Origin: Candidatus Bathyarchaeota archaeon
GTDB lineage: Archaea > Thermoproteota > Bathyarchaeia > 40CM-2-53-6 > RBG-13-38-9
Length of the DNA: 64,000 bases
Direction of reading: 5' to 3'
Assembly: GCA_963807605.1 (NCBI GenBank)
Contig: CAWECG010000003.1
Location: forward strand, 64,001-128,000
The translations under genes and the position numbers were made by a program. Below are positions 59,792 to 64,000 of this stretch, one piece after another (the stretch's first letter is position 1; each line of letters opens with the position of its first letter). Below the pieces are notes generated by a model. That model ran no database searches, was not told where the DNA came from, and saw only the letters and a list, made by a program, of their open reading frames with translations.

Positions 59792-60883
59792 ATGTCCTCT
59801 TATGATGGTTTAGTGAAGAACGTTCTTTCCACCACTCTTGGCATTCAGTCAGGTGACGATGTTATCGTCGAAACATGGGATCATGGTCTCCCAATCGCGG
59901 ATGCTTTCATCTATCATTTGCGTGAGCTGGGTGCGCGTCCGATGCTTCTGTTTGAGCATGAGGAGGCATTCTGGAAACGTGCCGAGTCTCTTTCGGGCGA
60001 TGTGCTGGGAAAGGTTGGTGAACATGAATGGGCTGCAATGGAGAAGGCAAAGGGATATGTATTCATCCCTGGACCTGCGAACTTCACAAAAGTCTGGAAG
60101 AACATTTCAAAGTTCCATGCCGCTGTTAGTTACAATCAGGAATGGTATGAAAGGGCTAAACGTTGCCGCTTGAAGGCAGCGCGAATTGCATTGGGCTATG
60201 CTTCTCGGGAACGCGCCCGAGGCTCCAATATTTCATTTACTGCTTGGCAGCGTATGCTACTCGCCGCTTCTAACATCGACTATGAAGCGCTTAAAGATAA
60301 GATGGGGAAGGTTGCTGCTTTGCTTCGTAATGGTCAAGTCCATATCACGGCTCCCAATGGGACGGACCTGAATCTACGATTGGCAGGTCGAGATGCTTAC
60401 CCGGAAGATTGCATAGTTGACAACGATGACTTAGACCATGGGCGAAACACAGCTAACATACCAGGCGGCAACCTGTTAGTGTGTCCTGACGAGAATTATG
60501 CGGACGGAACCATAGTCTTTGATAGACCAACTCCCTACATGGGCAAATGGGTTAACGGAATCCGCTTTGACTTCAAGAACGGAACATTGAATGAGCATCG
60601 AGCCCGTTTGAACGCGAATGTTCTGAAAGCGAGCTATGAGAAAGCTACAGGCGAAAAAGACAAAGTTGCAGTTCTAGGAATAGGATTGAACCCAAAGGCA
60701 CGGCTCGGATTCTTACAAGACAACATCTGCGCAGGAGCCATAACTGTTGGAATTGGTGGCAATGATGATGTGGGAGGCGCGAACAAAACGAACTTCTACT
60801 TTCCAGGCGTAATAACGAAAGCGACACTAACCATCGACGACAACACCATCATCCAAAACGGGAAAGTCACTCTAACCTCCTAA
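59792..60883 (+). CDS. M29-like (AmpS/AmpT) aminopeptidase family protein
   Basis: ITAPNGTDL, NIPGG, ADGTIVFD, LGIGLNP, IGGNDDVGGAN; some metal ligands look substituted. Confidence 0.8.
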   Translation: MSSYDGLVKNVLSTTLGIQSGDDVIVETWDHGLPIADAFIYHLRELGARPMLLFEHEEAFWKRAESLSGDVLGKVGEHEWAAMEKAKGYVFIPGPANFTKVWKNISKFHAAVSYNQEWYERAKRCRLKAARIALGYASRERARGSNISFTAWQRMLLAASNIDYEALKDKMGKVAALLRNGQVHITAPNGTDLNLRLAGRDAYPEDCIVDNDDLDHGRNTANIPGGNLLVCPDENYADGTIVFDRPTPYMGKWVNGIRFDFKNGTLNEHRARLNANVLKASYEKATGEKDKVAVLGIGLNPKARLGFLQDNICAGAITVGIGGNDDVGGANKTNFYFPGVITKATLTIDDNTIIQNGKVTLTS

Positions 60884-60940
60884 CAACCAACATTGTCATA
60901 AACAAATCGTTCGTCGTGTTCGTATTACCAATTTCAACTA

Positions 60941-61978
60941 TAGTAGCTAACTTAAGTATTTGACTATATTTAATCTGAATCTCTTTGTTCTCAGCGTCTT
61001 TGAGATCTCTTTCTTCATGGCTTCGAATGTCGGATGGATGTGGTTGGCTTGTATGATGTCCTTGCTCTGTCTCCAGCATTCCTCGATGGGGTTGAGTTCC
61101 GGCCTGGCTGAGGGGAACCACTTGACATTTATGCAGCTGCGATTTTTGCGCAGCCACCGTTGGACACGTCGGTTGCGGTGATGGGGTACAGACTTATCTA
61201 GAAAGATAAGGAATACGCCGAACTTTCGTTTAAGCACCCTCATGTAGGCGAGGAAGCTTTCACCGTTTATCGCATCGTACTGCCGGAAGAGCTGCCTACT
61301 GTCGAGGGAGACGGCGCCGAAGAGGCAGGTGCGACGGTGGGAACCCGTTGTCAATACCATGGGCGTGCGTCCCCTCTTGGCCCACACGTAGCGGGAGACA
61401 GAGTCGTAGAGGAAGATGGACTCGTCCTCGCATAATACCGTCCAACCGTTCCTTTCCGCCTCTTTTACCGCTTTTTTCGCCCTTTTTTAAAACGGTTGAC
61501 CTCTTCGTCTGAGGCAGCGTTGACGTGCCTTCTGTCTGGTCGCTTTCTTGAAAGCCCCCACGAGTGGAGGAGACGGGTGATGTGCATGAGCGAGTACCGG
61601 ACGCCGGTCTGCTCATGAACAAGCTTCAGGACCTCCGTGGCGGTGGTGTACTCCTTCCCCTTCACGATTCTCTTTATGCACTCCATCTCCATGCTGGAGA
61701 TTTTCTGAGGTCTTCCAGACTTGGGCTTATTACGTAGACCGGGAAGCCCTTCCTTCTGGAAGCGGTACTTCCAGTAGAGGACCTTGGAGTGGGGACAATT
61801 ATGCTCCCTACCCACATCGTAGGAGGAGAGGCCGTCCAAAAGCTTCAGCACCATCAGAATCCTCTCTTTGACCTTCAGGTTCTTTTCGGCTCTCCACGCC
61901 TCTTCCAGAACTGACCTATCCATGCAATCCTGAATGCCTGATGTTACATAAATAGTCAACTACTTTAGTTAGTCACTA
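60941..61978 (-). mobile_element. IS630-family insertion sequence, apparently intact
   Basis: Imperfect terminal inverted repeats (60939-60967 vs 61952-61980, 25/29 identical including the flanking TA); TA duplicated in a C-TA-G target. Confidence 0.93.
60947..61959 (-). CDS. IS630 transposase, two ORFs joined by a -1 frameshift at TTT-AAA-AAA-G (about 61482-61492)
   Basis: HTH ORF (61465..61959) then -1 frame WTVLCEDES...FLDKSVPHH...RPELNPIEECW (DDE). Confidence 0.9.
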
Positions 61979-61994
61979 TAGTATGCATGGTGTT

Positions 61995-62702
61995 TTATTT
62001 TGGTAATGAAATGTGTTCGTTCACCGTGGCGCCGCCTTCTAGCGCGTGCTTCTGCCCCGTAACAATCAATCCTGTGGTCACGGTTCTTACTTCTGATCCG
62101 CTTAACCTTGTTTGACCGAGTATTGATTGGATCTCTTCAGGAACATAGGACGCGTTTATCGACGAGATTAGGCCGGGTCTTATTTCCCTTGGTTTCGTGA
62201 TAAAGTACATGAGCCACTTCATCAGCGGATTTAAGTCTCGACGGAGATCGCTGATCAGATACCTTCCTCCAGGTTTCAAGACCCTGTAGAGCTCGTCGAA
62301 TATCATATTCGGTTCCGACCATTCATGAAGTGAACCATTCGTAAACACACCATCGAAGGTGTTGTCTTCAAAAGGCATATTCCGTGCATCACCCTTTACG
62401 TATTTGATCCTGCCCTGCAATCCATATTCCTTGGCGTTCCTCTCTGCAATCTGTATCATGTCTGGACTGATTTCTAAAGCCTCTAGCTTTGTTCCATTCG
62501 TCTTCCTCAACCATTCGAGCCCCAGATAGCCGGGTCCAGGACCTACCTCAAGCGCCAAACCCTGCTCTATGCCTGTCTTGAGTACAAGGTCGGTCTCAAT
62601 CCAGCCTCTGTCTCTCATCCGCCTCATGAAACGATCGTAAGTTTCGACGTTGAATTCTCCTTGTATCCCCTCATTCGTCTCTACAATTCTAGGCTTTACC
62701 AC
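61995..62702 (-). CDS. Class I SAM-dependent methyltransferase
   Basis: LEVGPGPG, GDARNMPFEDNTFD, SLHEW, RVLKPGG. Confidence 0.92.
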   Translation of the reverse strand: MVKPRIVETNEGIQGEFNVETYDRFMRRMRDRGWIETDLVLKTGIEQGLALEVGPGPGYLGLEWLRKTNGTKLEALEISPDMIQIAERNAKEYGLQGRIKYVKGDARNMPFEDNTFDGVFTNGSLHEWSEPNMIFDELYRVLKPGGRYLISDLRRDLNPLMKWLMYFITKPREIRPGLISSINASYVPEEIQSILGQTRLSGSEVRTVTTGLIVTGQKHALEGGATVNEHISLPK

Positions 62703-62757
62703 TGAAACTCCTCCCCTCTCATACACTACACGCGCACATAAATTACCAAGAATTAGC

Positions 62758-64000
62758 AAGAAAGCTCCCTGCTTCAGCAGGGAGATGAATTACGCTCCAG
62801 ACAGAATGTTTGAGGTTTAAACGTCTGGCACTCCAATATTAATATTGGTAGTTTCATGCGGAGAACTAACACCTTCATCCTTGCCCCAACAATGGAGCAA
62901 GAAAGAACACTGAGGGATAGAGCTACCAACTGTGCTAAACTTTGGAACGAGGTAACCTACCGCAGAAGAGAGGCATACATGAACTATCAACCAATAGATT
63001 GGAGATGCAAAGACCTCTACCAGAAATATGCATCACTGATTGATTCAGCGACAGCACAGCAAATCATCAGGAAGAGCAACGAGGCTTGGAGAAGCTTCTT
63101 CGCATTGAAGCAGTTGAAGCGAGAGGGTAAACTCCCACCAAATATTGAGAGGGTTTGCTTGCCCGGCTACTGGAAGCGAGATGGAAAATACAAGCTAATG
63201 ATGGTTCTAAGAAACAACATCTATAGTGTAAAGGATGGAGCGATGAAGCTACCAAAGAAGTTGAAGATACCCATCCGAGGCAAGCCGAGATGGAGTGGGA
63301 AGCAGGGAAAGGCCGAGGTCATCTATGATGAGGTTGATGGGAAGTGGCGTGTCTTTCAGGCTGTAAAGGTTAGGCCATTATTCAAGCCGAGAGGCTCCAA
63401 GACATGCTACATCGACCCCGGCATAATCAACCTGTTCACCATCTGGCTTGAAGGATGGAGGCAACCGATAGCATACAGTGGGAGAAATCTACTCTCTGAT
63501 TGGTGGTACTGGAATAGGAGAATAGCGGATTGTCAGAGCATACTTGAGACAATCAACGGCAAGAAAAGTTCGAAGAGACTAAGCATCCTCTACAGGATGA
63601 GACAACGGAGATTCAGGCAAGCAGTCAACACCATGATAAGAAGCATGGTAAGAGACCTCTATGATCTCGGTGTTTCAAAGATTATGATAGGAGATCTGAC
63701 AGGCATCAGAGAGAACAATGGAGAGAATAGTCACAAGACCAACTCAATGATTCATAACTTCTGGAGTTTCAACTACATTGTTCAAAGGCTAAGGTGTACG
63801 GCACAGGAATATGGCATCCGAGTCAAAGAGGTCAGCGAATACAAGACCTCAAGCAGATGCATAAGATGCAGATCAGAGAACATTGAGAGAAAAGGAAGGC
63901 TCTTCAAATGCTTGGAGTGTGGGATGGAAGCTCACAGGGATGCTATTGGAGTCTTGAACATGGCAAACCTCTACGGAGGAACAGCTATCAGGGTGATGAC
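62758..64000 (+). mobile_element. IS200/IS605-family (IS1341-type, tnpB-only) element; right end outside the window
   Basis: Left-end hairpin CTCCCTGCT-TC-AGCAGGGAG (62765-62784) followed by tnpB; no tnpA upstream. Confidence 0.8.
62856..64000 (+). CDS. tnpB: TnpB RNA-guided endonuclease, 3' partial (absent from the ORF track because no stop lies in the window)
   Basis: MRRTNTF...AKLWNE, SATAQQIIRK...AWRSFF, RuvC-I YIDPG, IMIGDL, VSEYKTSSRCIRC, FKCLECG, HRDAIGVLN. Confidence 0.93.
   Translation, partial: MRRTNTFILAPTMEQERTLRDRATNCAKLWNEVTYRRREAYMNYQPIDWRCKDLYQKYASLIDSATAQQIIRKSNEAWRSFFALKQLKREGKLPPNIERVCLPGYWKRDGKYKLMMVLRNNIYSVKDGAMKLPKKLKIPIRGKPRWSGKQGKAEVIYDEVDGKWRVFQAVKVRPLFKPRGSKTCYIDPGIINLFTIWLEGWRQPIAYSGRNLLSDWWYWNRRIADCQSILETINGKKSSKRLSILYRMRQRRFRQAVNTMIRSMVRDLYDLGVSKIMIGDLTGIRENNGENSHKTNSMIHNFWSFNYIVQRLRCTAQEYGIRVKEVSEYKTSSRCIRCRSENIERKGRLFKCLECGMEAHRDAIGVLNMANLYGGTAIRVM

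Noticed and set aside
62833-62848. Perfect palindrome CCAATATTAATATTGG before tnpB
   Set aside because: AT-rich and in the promoter position; no evidence of a separate function

Overview
Archaeal chromosomal window. The gene set (rps19e, rpl39e, rpl31e, top6AB, RIO1, aIF1A, aIF2-beta, Alba, CdvB-like ESCRT-III, a ribophorin-I-like protein, acetate kinase, a Fae domain) points to a TACK archaeon, most plausibly Bathyarchaeia (inference). A mosaic island of about 18-19 kb (about 4.9-22.7 kb, with a damaged pncB to 24.3 kb) splits the usually contiguous rnp4-yhbY / rps19e-PDCD5-rpl39e-rpl31e cluster. It carries defence and mobile-element genes: a helicase remnant, a PUA-like protein, a stand-alone primase, a KAP NTPase, a GmrSD-AlbA_2 fusion, an AbiE toxin-antitoxin pair and a tyrosine recombinase. 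The most striking unexplained signal is a palindromic TA-(CG)5 motif. Nine tracts of 10 nt or more occur (8 in the island), where under 0.1 would be expected by chance. They sit at gene-truncation points, just after stop codons, and between small cassette-like ORFs, suggesting an undescribed DNA joining or gene-capture scar. Other highlights: a DapA-family aldolase fused to formaldehyde-activating enzyme, an uncalled 50-aa Tyr/Trp/Phe/Pro/Cys peptide, a Tat-signal molybdenum hydroxylase in an acyl-CoA/acetate cluster, an intact IS630 and a TnpB with a rearranged RuvC site. No rRNA, tRNA or CRISPR array was recognised. All family assignments come from motif recognition by eye, not database searches.
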